This document shows, one piece after another, positions 38,813-50,716 of a stretch of DNA of 64,000 nucleotides. This stretch comes from Scyliorhinus canicula (lineage: Eukaryota): the NCBI RefSeq assembly GCF_902713615.1, contig NC_052149.1, forward strand, positions 63,229,443 through 63,293,442, read 5' to 3'. The notes under the pieces are model-generated. The model did not search any database, had not been told where the DNA came from, and saw only the letters and a list, made by a program, of their open reading frames with translations. The number at the start of each line of letters is the position of its first letter. Positions within the stretch are counted from its first letter, which is position 1. Both the position numbers and the translations under genes were made by a program.

Positions 38813-39524
38813 TAAAAGTACATTTCTGTTTTTAAACCTTTAAAATGGAGCTTAAAAGCCTTTTTCAAAATGAAAATCTGGACAGACAACGTGGAACGTT
38901 TCTATGTTTAAACTTTGTCAGACTCTTATCTCTACAGTTGGCTATGAAGACTCTTCCCAGAATGTCCACTGAACCTTCTAAAAGGGAACAGAAGACAGGA
39001 AGGGACTTCAAAGGACCCCAATCCTGTAATTAACTTCCTTGCTTGGCTGAAACAATGACTGATTAAAAATTAACATAACAGCCATATTTGTGTTTTTGAA
39101 CTGGATAAAGAAGGCTGTAAGAAACCATTTTATCTGGCAGTGTGTAGAGAACCTAAAAAACCATCATTTCCAGCCCACAGCTCTCAACTGGACTAACTGG
39201 AAAACAGCATGTGAGAGTTGTATTTCTCTTTGACCCCGGAAGTTAAAAAGTAAGGCATCCAGAAAATCATTCCTGGCCTGCTGAGGAGAAACCCACAATC
39301 TTCAAGTTTCGGTACCTATAGTTTTATACTCTCTTCCAAGATCGGCACTGTCTATCAAGTCCATCAATGAAGTAAAACCCTGACTCTTCGGCTTCACAAG
39401 TCAAGGCAGCTGCTAAACTGAACCTTAAATTTCAATCTCTTTACTTCAGAAATAAAGAATTTAAGTAATGGGCCTGCAATGATATCTCACACAGGTTGCA
39501 TTGAAATCTTACTTTGAATACCTT

Positions 39525-40365
39525 GGGCTGGATTCCCCATTTTGGAGACTAAGTCCCCACGCCAGGAAAGCTGGCATGAAAAAGCCACCGATTCCCTGTT
39601 TTGCTGGCGGGTAGTAGGGAGGCAGCATAGAGCTCGTAGCTCTAGCTGCCGATACAGCCCTCAGCACTTCTGGTTTCGAGGCCGCACATGCACACGGCAG
39701 CGGTCTGCAGCGGCCGTGCCATGCCCCATGGCGGAATCAGTGTGGTGAACACCACGTGTGATATATTATATGCATTACGGCACTGCCATATATTAGAGGT
39801 ACAATGGTAAATCCCTGCCTGCTGGCTCCGCCCAGTAGGTGGGGTATAAAAGTGTATGCTCTCCTGCGCTGCAGCCATTCTGGTTCCAGCTGCAGGAGGC
39901 ACAACATCTTGTGCAATAAAGCCTCGATTGTTCCACCATTCTCGTCTCGTGGTAATTGACAACTCAGTCTGTGGAGCTGGACCGCTAAAGTAGTGCCCCC
40001 ATTCGGTCGCTCGCATGCCCCAGACCGGCCACAGTGCCCCCAGCCCCGAATGAAGCCCCACCCCCCCGCCCCGCGCATGGATCGGCCCTCCCCAGACTGT
40101 GGAAGCCCCGGACTGAGTCCCAGCTGGGACCATGAGAGTTCCACACCATCGGGAAGTCGGCCAGTCAGGGATGGAGCATTACGGGGCGGGCCTCAGGCAA
40201 TAGCCTGAGGCGGTGGATAATCGGAGTGGTGTACTTCTAGAGTACGCCGTGTTTCAGGGGCGGAGAATTCAAAAACAGGTGCCGCCCCCGATTTTGGCGC
40301 CAAAACGGATTCTCCGCCCCGTCGCCGAACGCAATTTTGGTGTCGGGGAGTGGAGAATCCAGCCC
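39525..40365. mobile_element. Harbinger-type MITE containing a solo LTR
   Basis: TIRs gggctggattcccc / ggagaatccagccc; TSD CTT. Confidence 0.85.
39741..39961 (+). mobile_element. Solo LTR, 3' end slightly truncated
   Basis: Starts tgtggtga; TATAAAA and gcaataaagcctcgattg as in the LTR of 50362-54930; flanks a(a/c)tcag. Confidence 0.7.
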
Positions 40366-40369
40366 CTTG

Positions 40370-41091
40370 TGCGGTGATGTGTATCACTGTAAATACACAA
40401 GGGGTTAATGTAAATACATGTAGACTAGCTAGACACTAGAGGGAGCACCAGAGACATCACACACACACACACACTCAACCAATAGATCAGTTAGATAGGA
40501 CACGACCAATGGGATTCACGATACACACAGAGGTGACACGACCACAGGAGGGCATTACACCAACCCATATATAAAGGACACCACACACATGATCTGCCTC
40601 TTTCCAGTGGAGACAGTCAGTGAGTACAGACACAGGGTTGATTCAATATCACTCTTACCACGTGGATTGTAGCAGACTGGTTCGTCAGTCTGGGTAGCTA
40701 TAGTAGGATTAGCAGTAGTGTCGAACCCGAGTAATAGAAGTGTATGTAAGGGCAGCATGGTGGCCTAGTGGTTAGCACAACCGCCTCACGGCGCTGAGGT
40801 CCCAGGTTCGATCCCGGCTCTGGGTCACTGTCCATGTGGAGTTTGCACATTCTTCCCGTGTCTGCGTGGGTTTCGCCCCCACAACCCAAAAATGTGTAGA
40901 GTAGGTGGATTGGCCACGCTAAATTGCCCCTTAATTGGAAAAAATAATTGGGTAATCTAAATTTATATTAAAAAAAATAGAAGTGTATATAGTTTAATAA
41001 ACGTGTTGAAGTTATCTCCACGTCTGAACCTTCCTTTGTCAAGTGCACCACAAGGAAGCCGCTTATGCCACACTTAGAGCATAACAGGACA
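40370..41091 (+). mobile_element. Solo LTR with a SINE insertion
   Basis: TG...CA; perfect TSD CCTTG; TATATAAA and AATAAA. Confidence 0.85.
40750..40977 (+). mobile_element. V-SINE (A-tailed type), full length
   Basis: tRNA head, V core; TSD aatagaagtgtat(g/a)ta. Confidence 0.92.
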
Positions 41092-41334
41092 CCTTGTTTC
41101 TATTATTTGCATTTTAAGCTTTGTATCCGTATTTTAATTAAGAATTGTTAGTTAATCACTTTTACTTAAGTATCTTGCAGCGGCAGTTTGGAAATAAACT
41201 AACCTTTATCTTGGTTAAGAATAAAGCTTGACTGATGGGCTATTTTAAAATTGAATCACTTGCAAAGTAAACACACACACACACGTACACACTCTCTCTC
41301 ATTTCCTGGACCACTTTGAGAAAGCATTTTTTTA

Positions 41335-41690
41335 CATAATCGTGACATCTGTTAAACTCCAATGGATACAAGCCCTATCTGACCAACATAAGGTAACCTC
41401 TTCATCCCAGGAATCTGTCAAGTGAACCGTGTCTGAGTTGCCTCTAAAATAATTAAAATTTTTCTTAAATAAGGAGATGAAAACTGTACACTGTATTCCA
41501 GAGGTGCTCTCACCCAACATCCTGTGTAACAGTACTAAAATATCTTCATTTTTGTTCTCCAATCCCCTTGCAATAAACAACATTTATTTGCCTTCTTAGT
41601 CACTTGCTCTATCTGCATACTGACCTTTTTGATTCATGTACCAGGACACCAAGATCCCTCTGTACCACAGAGTTATTCAAATAATGTATA
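41335..41690 (-). mobile_element. CR1 LINE ORF2 fragment
   Basis: ML.FIARGLE.KNEDI. Confidence 0.7.
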
Positions 41691-41842
41691 CTTCCTCTAT
41701 TCTATTATTATATAATATATTATTATTATATTATTATTATTGTTGTTATATATTATTTTCCCATTTGGCAACTTTTGCTCACCCACTTGGCCGATCGTAA
41801 TTCCTTTTCCAATATCTCCCCTTCATATTTTACTCTCCTACC

Positions 41843-42070
41843 TGAAAATGAAATGAATGAAATGAAAATGAAAAAAACGAAATGAAATAAATGGATGAAT
41901 GAAAAATGAAAATTGCTTATTGTCACAAGTAGGCTTCAAATGAAGTTACTGTGAAAAACCCCTAGTCGCCACATTCCGGCACCTGTTCAGGGAGGCTGGT
42001 ACAGGAATTGAACCGTGCTGCTGGCCTGCTTTCAAAGCCAGCGATTTAGCCCAGTGCTAAACCAGCCCCT
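41843..42070 (-). mobile_element. Short tRNA-derived SINE lacking the V core, Rex1-like tail
   Basis: Head aggggctggtttagc...ggttcaattcc joined directly to the tail shared with 32446-32760; (cattt)n. Confidence 0.8.
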
Positions 42071-42099
42071 GACTGTGTATCATCAACAAATTTGGAAAT

Positions 42100-42960
42100 C
42101 TAGAGCAAGATCTACCAGTCGCAATATGCCTGAAAGGCAGCACAATGAGGCCGGTAAATGTTGGGAGATCCCACTTCCAGGATCTACCCGGCTTGCCAAA
42201 CCTCGCGAGATCTAACGTGATCATGCTCGATGTTGCGATATACAGCCCGCCTATCGGGCAAGAACAACTTTCAGCAAATCTGCAAGTTAGAGTGGGACAG
42301 CATGGGATCTAACCCCTCATCGTGGAGATCTCGGGCGAGCACCGTTCAGTGTTGGTCTCCATGGGGACCCGTGGCATCCATGGGGGTCTTCCAGGGGAAT
42401 TGAGGCCCCCAGCTGTTTTCCCTCAGGGCAGGGTGCAGTGCACCCTGGCACTGCTGGTGCCATCTGGGTACCTCAGCACTGTCAGCCTAGCATATTGGCA
42501 CTGCCAATCTGGCACCCTGGCAGTGCCCCTGCCAGCAAGCAGTGCCATTGGACACCTTGGCACTGCCACATTGGCACAGAGGTGGCACTGCCAGGTTGCC
42601 AAACTGGCATTTTCCCATGACAGGAATCAGGATCAGCGGTGCTGTGTGAGAGTGCAAGGGGATGCATGGGGGCCTGAGGACCCCCTTATTTGTGAGTTGT
42701 GGATTCGGGGGGTCAAGGGTCATGTCGGTAGTTTGAGAGATCAGGACACCATTTTTAAATGGCGTCCCGATCTCCTTCTGCACTGAGGACCACCAGCAAA
42801 CAGAGCTCTTAAGTGCCAAAAATGGGAGTAAGTGTGGCTTCGGCCACGCGTTCCTTGCTGAAGCCCACAATCTACCCGAATGGCTGTTGCATAGTGTGGT
42901 GTTTCTCAGCTCTGTGAGCGCCAGGAAACACCCTGCAAATTGTGCAGTAAAATCTACTGT
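42100..42960. mobile_element. Harbinger-like MITE, second family, diverged
   Basis: Homologous by eye to 37489-38346. Confidence 0.6.
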
Positions 42961-44084
42961 TTGAGTGCTAGGTTTGCACTTAGTTCTTGGAATGCACTTA
43001 CCTCTCTTTGATGTGGACAATGTTTACAAACATTGAGGTTTAACTACTTTGGCCACTGAACCATGAAGGGGGATGAATGAATCAAAGCTGCAGATGTTTT
43101 GTAGAAGCTGTCAAACTGAGACCACTACTAGAAAGTTATGAATAGCTTACAGCTAGTGGATCTGTGGAAAGCAGATGCCGGTCACAGCTGCTCTACTTGG
43201 TGGAGCTAGAAGGTAAGTGTAATTCTTCTCAATGTCCCTGTCTGGACTGCACTCTAGCTTCTAATCAGGGGTCTCTTTTCCGGGGGGGGGGGGGGGGGTC
43301 TGTGTGTGCGGGGTCTATGGGAGGTTCCTATGGCAGGGGATCCCTGAGGAGAGCCTCTGGGGGGGGCTCCCTCTTTCAGAGATCCCAGTAGGGCGGTCTC
43401 CCTATTACAGGGGTCCCTGTGGGGTGTCCCTCCATGATTGGGGTCCCCGTGGGGTTCTCCATATTACAGAGGTCCCTGTGGGAAGATCACCCTATAATAG
43501 ACCCTGTTGGGGTTCCTCCCTATTAAGGTGTCCCTGAGGGGGTCTCCCTATCACAGGGTACCCTGCCGGGGAGGAGAGGTCGGGCCATGTACTTGGGGTT
43601 AGGGGGTCACCCAGGTAATCCAGGGGTAGGGTCTGCTGTGCGGTGCGGCATGGAGGGGGGGGGGGGAGGTTCAGGGCCGATTGCAGGTCAGGATGGTGGC
43701 CGGCCATGGGGCCTCGCTATTAGGCCATCCGCTCAAAATGGTGTGGGAAGGTGGTGGTAGAGGGAGTGCTTTTCTCTCCCAAATCTGTAAGATATGTGCA
43801 TGAGGTTTGATGTGAGCAAAAGCCCACCAGCTTTGAAGACATCAGCTAGAATGACTCCAGGGCCACAGGCTTTGTTCTTCTTCATTTGTTTGTTGTAGCT
43901 CTCCCATCGATGGTGGTTCATCCATGAATCCTACCACAGGGTACAGTGGATAGCCTGGAGAGTATCAGTTGCCATTGTGGATTCACAGTTGAGGAATCGT
44001 TGAAAATGTTCTTTCCAGCTTCTCTTTAAGAAGAGAAATGCCATCTTGTGAGCAAAAGGAGTTTTGTCCATTTGACTGGCTTCA

Positions 44085-44978
44085 AGGTGGCACAGTGGTT
44101 AGCATAGCTTCCTTTCAGCACCTGGGACCTGGGTTCAGTTCCAGCCTTTGGTGACTGTCTGTGTGAAGTCATGGGAATGTCACTTTAAGAAATGTTTGCC
44201 TGCTCAAGTGGCTGCAGTGATGTCAGAGTGTGGGTTGAGCTGAGCTCTGGATCTGCTTTTTAGGTTCGCTTTGAGGAAAATCTTGGATGTGTCTGTGTTT
44301 TTTAGTTTTGTTTTAGTGTTGGAGCTGCAGCCAGCCAAAGAAGGTGTAATTTTGATCTCTCTGCCATCTAAAGACTATCTCTGGATCATTTGGTGAATTC
44401 AGAGTGATAACTGCTCTCAGTAGAGAATTTAAACCTGATGTGCTTCTGTAAAAAGGGTTTTTGTCTTATAGATGTTAAAAGGAAAGTTTAAGGATTACTT
44501 AGAGTGTTGTATTCTTTGGGGGATGTATTTGAATTGATGGTTGCTAAGATGTTCACTGTATATTTTAAAAAGGTTAACTGAGTTCATAGAATAAACATTG
44601 TTTTGCTTTAAAAAATACTTATAGATTTCTACTGCACCACATCTGTAGAGTGGGCAGTGTGCGCCCCATACCACAATCTAGTAAGAGTTGTGGGTCAGGT
44701 GATCTCCATGATATACTTTGGAGTTCTCTAAACCCTGGCCCATAACAGTCTACCATTGTCTGCGTGGGCTTCTTCCGGGTGCTCCGGTTTCCTCCCACAG
44801 ACCAAAGATATGGAGGTGAGGTGGATTGGCCATGCTAAATTTCCTCTTAGTGTCCAAAGGTTGGTCGTGTTGCAGGCAGAGGGTTGGGGATTGGGTAGGG
44901 TGCACATTCGGAGGGTTGGTTCAGACTTGAAGGGCTGAATGGCCTCCTTCTGCACTGTAGGGGTTCTATGATTCTATG
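44085..44978 (+). mobile_element. HE1-type V-SINE split by a solo LTR
   Basis: Head at 44085-44167; V core and tail at 44748-44978. Confidence 0.8.
44168..44747 (+). mobile_element. Solo LTR
   Basis: gtcatggg...cccataaca inverted ends; AATAAA near 44590; interrupts a SINE; TSD not clear. Confidence 0.6.
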
Positions 44979-45755
44979 ACTTGGTCCAGAAATGGTCCTG
45001 GTGGCTCTAAAAGTTTTGGCATGTCACGATGATCAGCACATTGCATTTCGTGGGTATTCCATTCCTACTACATATCCTTTCGCCTCCAGATTTTTCTTTC
45101 AGTGTCAACCTTAAACTGTTGGAATGCTTCCTTCTTGACTTGCGACCTTGGTTTGTTCTGCGAGACAACAAAAGCTGCTCATCTTTATTCCAGGAGGTAA
45201 AATATTTCAGCATTGTTTTCCTTGAACCAGTCCTGGTGATGACGATGCTGAAAGCCAATGGTCTGGACACAGGAGTGGAATACAGTTGACTTTATTTGAC
45301 CCCACTGTTTTTGAATTGAGTTGGATGTGTGAAGATTTTCCAGACTGGTCATGAATGGAATTCCTTTCTCTGGTCCGGCTTCTTTACAATTTAGACATCA
45401 TCTTCCTCTTAAATGTTTGGGTCTTGCAATGTCTTGTGTTGGGTGGAAGTTCATCACTAATTGAATAAGTCAATGATTGGTCCTGCTTGCATTGACGGTA
45501 CATGGGCATTAAAGACCAGCGGTGGAATTCTCCGAGCCAGAAACTGATTCTAGGACTGAATTGGTTCTACGACAGCAAAATTTCCACCATTTCCAGATCA
45601 ATCCATCGACCGTTTATTGGGCTAGCACTGGACCACGATCGATTGCAATGAAAAACGGTGTCTGATTCACCGGTTTCGGGATTGACACGAGAGGCTGATA
45701 AGCTGCAGCCCCATAAAAGCACTCCACTCCCCCCACACACAGCCCAGCCAACAAG

Positions 45756-47340
45756 ATGGCAGCTAGGCAAACAGAACCGCGGATCACCGACGACGAGCTG
45801 CAGACCATACTCTGCACAGAAGAGGAGAGGCGGGCTATCCTGTACCGTGGGTAGGGGAGACAGTTGCCTGGGCACAAATGGGAGAGGTTGTGACGCCATG
45901 GGCAACATGCCAGGACCAGCCAGCAGAGCTGCAAGAAACTGCACGACCACCTCACGGCGACGCAGGTGAGTAGGCAGTGCTGTGCCCTTGGCACCAGCCC
46001 CCGTCCCACACACCAATAACCCTATCCCTACCCCACCCAGGGGGCAACTGAACCCCCACCCGTCCCACCCATACAGGCCGCCATGGCCAGATGTCCTGGC
46101 CATGAAGGGCACCAGCCACCCATCCCCTGTGCTGCATGTCGACTGCCTAACACTGTGTATTTTCTGTCTCCCCTCCCCAGCCCTGCTCAGGAGAAGGCAG
46201 CGCACAACCACCGGGAGAGGGAGAAAACCAGAGGGATACCAAGGGACCTGCGGCCCCTCACCGCAGCAGAGCAGTGGGCTCTGGACCTGATCGGTAGGGT
46301 ACAGGGAGAGGGCAGTGGCTGAGGCGGAGGACGGCATCGGGAGAGCAAGTGAGACCACATTGAGTTCCGGTTCCCCAAGACATGTGTGTCACCACCCCCC
46401 ACCACCACCCCCACCAGCACCCCTCCACCCCGCCACACCCACAACACATTCACCACTCCACCCCGCCACACCCACAACACATTCACCACTCCACCCCGCC
46501 CCCCCCCCCACATTCCCCCTCCACCACTCTCACGCTGCCCCCAACGGCCCACTCCACCACCCCCATACCTCCCCCCACACTGCACTGTCCAGCACCCCAT
46601 CACCCCCATAGCTCCACACACCCCCTCCCCACACTGCCTTCTCCACCACCACCCGCCACCCCGAACCACGGTCCAATCATGTCTCTTGTCTTGTGTCTTG
46701 CAGGTTCACCTGGCAATGATGTTGTTCTGTTGTTCCCTGCCCCCGACCACAAACCCATCCCCAGGAGGAGAGCAGCGAGGAGGAGGAGGAGGATACAGAC
46801 TCAAATGGGAGGCCCTCGACCCATAGTCGGAGAAACCCCGGAGCACCAGTCCGGGGATGACTATGATTTTCCATCACGGCTATCTCTATCACCCTCCATC
46901 ATCCGAGAGACACTCACCTCATTTGGGCATCTTAGCGAAGAGGCTCCTGGGGTACGATCTGGTGTGCACCACACATGTGTTGCGGTACATCAGGTGAAGG
47001 TCAGAACCCCCGAGGGGGCAGACGGCCAGAGGGCGACCCAACCCTAGGGACTTGCTGCCATCCGGATGGGTTTTGGCCTTCTGAAAAGGGTGGTCTCATC
47101 AATAATGGAGATGCAGCCACAGAACCAGGGACTACTTGAGGGGATGTCAGCAACTATCCAGCACCCGCAGGTGCAGTTGGAGGAGTCGACCACCTGGAAG
47201 AGCAGGAGATGGTGCCAACCATGCGTGCCACCCAGGCCAACATCACAAGTGTGGCGTCCACGGTGGAGGCCTTGGGGCGAAGGTTCCGGCCATGGATCAG
47301 AATGTCTGAGGCCTGGGGCACTCTGTGCGGGCAGTGAACA
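45756..47340 (+). pseudogene. Harbinger Myb/SANT-like DNA-binding protein gene, spliced (exons about 45756-45965, 46191-46348, 46704 onward)
   Basis: MAARQTEPRITDDELQTIL..EERRAILY...QQSCKKLHD; EKAAHNHREREKT...LRPLTAAEQWAL; canonical GT/AG sites; stops and frameshifts. Confidence 0.75.
46395..46670. repeat. C/A-rich low-complexity intron with a tandem duplication of about 36 bp
   Basis: ctccaccccgccacacccacaacacattcacca occurs twice. Confidence 0.8.
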
Positions 47341-47599
47341 CCAGTTAAGTTGGCACGGGTGCAGGGCACAGTATAGTGATAGGGGCTAGGGCACAAACTT
47401 GTATATATTTGTTCACATTAAACACCTGTGCACAATGTTACAACCTGCCTTGGTGCACTGTCAGAAGGTGTGAGGGGTGGATTGGTCTGGGCTGGCCACT
47501 GGGTGGGGGGGGAGTGGATGGACATTTGGAGTCGGCTTGTCCCAGGGACCGCAGTTCAGCCAGCACTCACCGCTCCATTGTCCTCCCCGCCCCAAACCA

Positions 47600-48561
47600 T
47601 CCCCACCTCCGCCACCCTAGTGATTTGGTGGGACTGTGTGATGGAATGGCCAGCTCGCATGCAGGGATTACCCAGGTGCTACTGTGGGCAGGAGTCAGAT
47701 ATCTCTGAACGACGCAGTGCACCAAAGCTGATACCAGGGCGGGTTGTCATCATCCTCCATCCCATAGACCAGACCTGCTACCCATCCAGGGCCCCATCCT
47801 GTATTGAAGCACCTAGGAGCTACAGAGGGTGCTACAGGGGGGGGCGGGGGGGATTGCCGATTTGGGAAGGGGGGGAGGGATGGGAATCCCGTGCCATTGG
47901 CCAGTCCCCTGAGTCGGTGAACCTGGTGATGAACAGAGTGTCATGGGCTGGTGCACGTAGGGAACATGCATCCCGTTAATCACACCCTGGACCTGGGGCA
48001 TCCCGGTGATGATGGCGAACCCTGGTGCCCAGGCATCCTGGTGGGCTCGGTCCATATTGAATTTGATACTTGTGGTGACCGGGCATATAGGGCATCCATG
48101 ATGGCGCGGATGCACCTGTACACCAAGCTCTTTGAGATTCCGGACAGGTCCCCATTCGGTTGCTGGAAGGACCCCGTTGCATAAAAATTCAGGACCACCG
48201 TGAGCTGGTGTCCTCCCCCATTCACCTCCGGTGCCAGGTGCCCTATGATCTGGAAGATATGTCGCACTGTCTCCCTGCACGGCCAGAGTCTTTGACGGTA
48301 TGCCCAGCCCAGCAGGTCCTTGAATGACAGGCACTGCCGGTACACATGGTACTCATGCGGCGCCTCCTTGCACCTCCTCCTCCTCAGCCTGTTGGGGAGC
48401 CATCCCCCTCTTTCTCACAGGCTACCTCTAGTTCCTCTGGGGCAGCCTGCAGTGCTGCAGTGTTCAGCGCGAGCAGCTGTAGCTGGTACTGCCTCAATGC
48501 GTCCCCAGGCTACGGCGACTAGGATGAAGGCCACCATTCCTGTTTGAATTCCAAAGTCCAT
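47600..48561 (-). pseudogene. HARBI1-like Harbinger DDE transposase, frameshifted and internally deleted
   Basis: LNFYATGSFQ...GDLSGISKS.VYRCI and GFA.ITGMPQVQGVINGMHV (family motif G.IDG/CTH); ATG at 48561 after an acceptor site. Confidence 0.85.
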
Positions 48562-49632
48562 TGTCTGCAAGGGATGAAAGGCAGACAAGGTAGCATGATG
48601 CATACCCCCCATGCGCAACCAGGCCAACCGGGCTACACGGTGGCCTTGGTCTGCTCCGTAGCTCCTGCTCCTGCATGTTCCCCTATGTCGCCTCCCTCCC
48701 CCAACCTCACACCCATTCCTCGCCGTTCACCCTGGCACTCTGCCCACTCCACTCCTAGTCCCGTCAGTGCCCAGCACCGTGGGGTCCTCTGGCTGTGGTG
48801 CTCGGCCCTGCTGCCAGGGGTACCGGTGAGTGGCGCTACCCATGCCAGTGGTGTGCTGCGTGACCCCCATCCGGTGCCCTCCTGCAGGGGCTACAGTGGC
48901 TGCTGCACGGCCGGGCATACCGTCGAAGACTCTGGCTGAGCAGAGACAATGCGACATATCAGCCAGATGAGGGTGGGTTGAGGAGGGGGGGGGGTTGGGG
49001 GCCGCTGGCTGCAGGGGGTTGTAGGATGGGCAGCCATATGACCGGTGTCACTCTGTATGACCAGGGGCCATGGTGGGCAGTCAGTGGGATGCACAGCAAG
49101 ATGATTGCCTTGCAGGCCGCAGCAATGGCGGTCCTTGCCTGGACATCGCTGTACTGTGGGGGTGCCTCCTGATCCCACGGCCCATCCCCTGGTCATTCCC
49201 ATCACCCCCTGCTGCCCTCCCCCCCCCCCCGGTTTGGCGGAGGCCCCTCTGGCCTGCACGACTCCCACACACCACCCCATCCCCCCTCCCCACCAGCCCT
49301 GCCAGCGGAAGGACTGGCAACGTCTGCATGTCCTACCTCCTCTCTCTCCCTTGCCAGCCAAGGTGCCTGCGTCCCAATTTTTAAAACCAGAAGTGACACT
49401 CTCCATCAGTAAATCCCCCAGGAGGCCCTGGAAAATACCGGGTCAGGCCCGCTAATAATATGCAAACTGCGTTTACTTTATGGGCAGAGTAGAATGCATT
49501 GACGCCGCTGTCGAGAAGCCGGAGAATTGCAATTTGGCGTGCGCCCAGCACCCGTCATGATTTTGGCTTCACGACTGAGTCTCCACGCAATCACCATTCC
49601 CACGTTCAGCGTCGGACCATGGAGAAACGCCA

Positions 49633-49802
49633 GAGGGTGCCGGATGGGGGTCACGCAGCACACCACTGGCATGGGTAGCGCCACTCACCGGTACCCCTGG
49701 CAGCAGGGCCAAGCACCACAGCCAGAGGACCCCACGGTGCTGGGCACTGATGGGGCCAGGGGTGGAGTGGGCAGAGTGCCAGGGTGAACGGCGGGGAATG
49801 GG
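49633..49802 (-). repeat. Inverted copy of 48712-48881
   Basis: About 170 bp near-identical reverse complement. Confidence 0.9.
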
Positions 49803-50716
49803 ATTTTCTCCCCCCTCCAAGGCGTGATCTGCAGCGGCGGAGTGTGGGTCGCTTGTGGCCAGCAGTCCAATCATCCGGTCCCGTCATTGTCAATGGGGTT
49901 TCCTGTTGAACATACCTCTAGCCGCCATGAAACCGTGGTGGGGGGTGGGGGTGTGGGGGGGTTGGGGGGGGGGGGATGTCGTCAGCGGGACCAGAAGATT
50001 CCGACAGTGTGAACTGCCAGAAAATCCAGCTCCACGGGCATGATTATCTGTTGATGCTGGGGCTTTCACAACAGCAGAGCCGGTGCCAAACCTGGACTGA
50101 TTCAGCAACTGTGGAGGGGCTAACACCAGTACCACGTGGAACGCTAATCAATTCCAATGAAAAACGGTGCGGGACTTGCTGGATCCATGATTGACACTCG
50201 GGAGGCTGACAAGCTGTATGTACACACTTCACTCCACCCACCCTTCATCCCAGCCAACAAGATGGCAATAGTTGTACTGGAGCGCGCCCATACAGCTGAT
50301 GGGTCGGCTGTGGCCAATGGGCATCTGGGGGGTGGCCTGGGGGGGAACAACCCCTGGCCCTTGTGGCGCTAACAATTGCACACAAAGACTCGAGACATGT
50401 ACAATCAAGGCTTTATTGCTGTGTGATGCTATTCCTCTGGCGGCAGCTGTAGAATAGGATCTCAGTGACTCACACGCATATTCATACACACAAGGTCCCT
50501 GTGGGCGGAGCTCACCGGCAGGAGCTTACCGGAGGAACCTGTATTACAGGTACAGCCATACATCCCCCTACTGCAAGTACACATATCTACAGTGGTTATA
50601 TCACCACATTCACCCCCTGTAAAAAATGAGTCCGGCGGGGGTGACGTGTAACTATAATACAAAGGATGAGCTATTTACAAAAGGGTTCAAACAAAGAAAA
50701 CCAAGAGTCCATCCGG

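Larger units (their letters stand above)
43750..45440 (-). mobile_element. RTE LINE fragments interrupted by a SINE and an LTR
   Basis: QMKKNKACGPGVILADVFKAGG (pre-RT motif). Confidence 0.55.
45520..49630. mobile_element. PIF/Harbinger DNA transposon with two convergent genes, decayed
   Basis: Termini ggtggaattctcc / ggagaaacgcc; Myb/SANT gene on +, transposase on -; both ends homologous to the MITEs in this window. Confidence 0.85.

Noticed and set aside
38830-41330. Possible large LTR enclosing the MITE and solo LTR cluster
   Set aside because: LTR-like composition, but I could not define termini or a TSD
45567-47047. Long His/Pro-rich and Gly/Val-rich ORFs
   Set aside because: They arise from the low-complexity intron and antisense frames of the Harbinger Myb gene
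47600-48561. Domesticated HARBI1 gene
   Set aside because: Frameshifted, first catalytic Asp reads as Asn, and flanked by TIRs and a Myb partner, so it is a transposon relic
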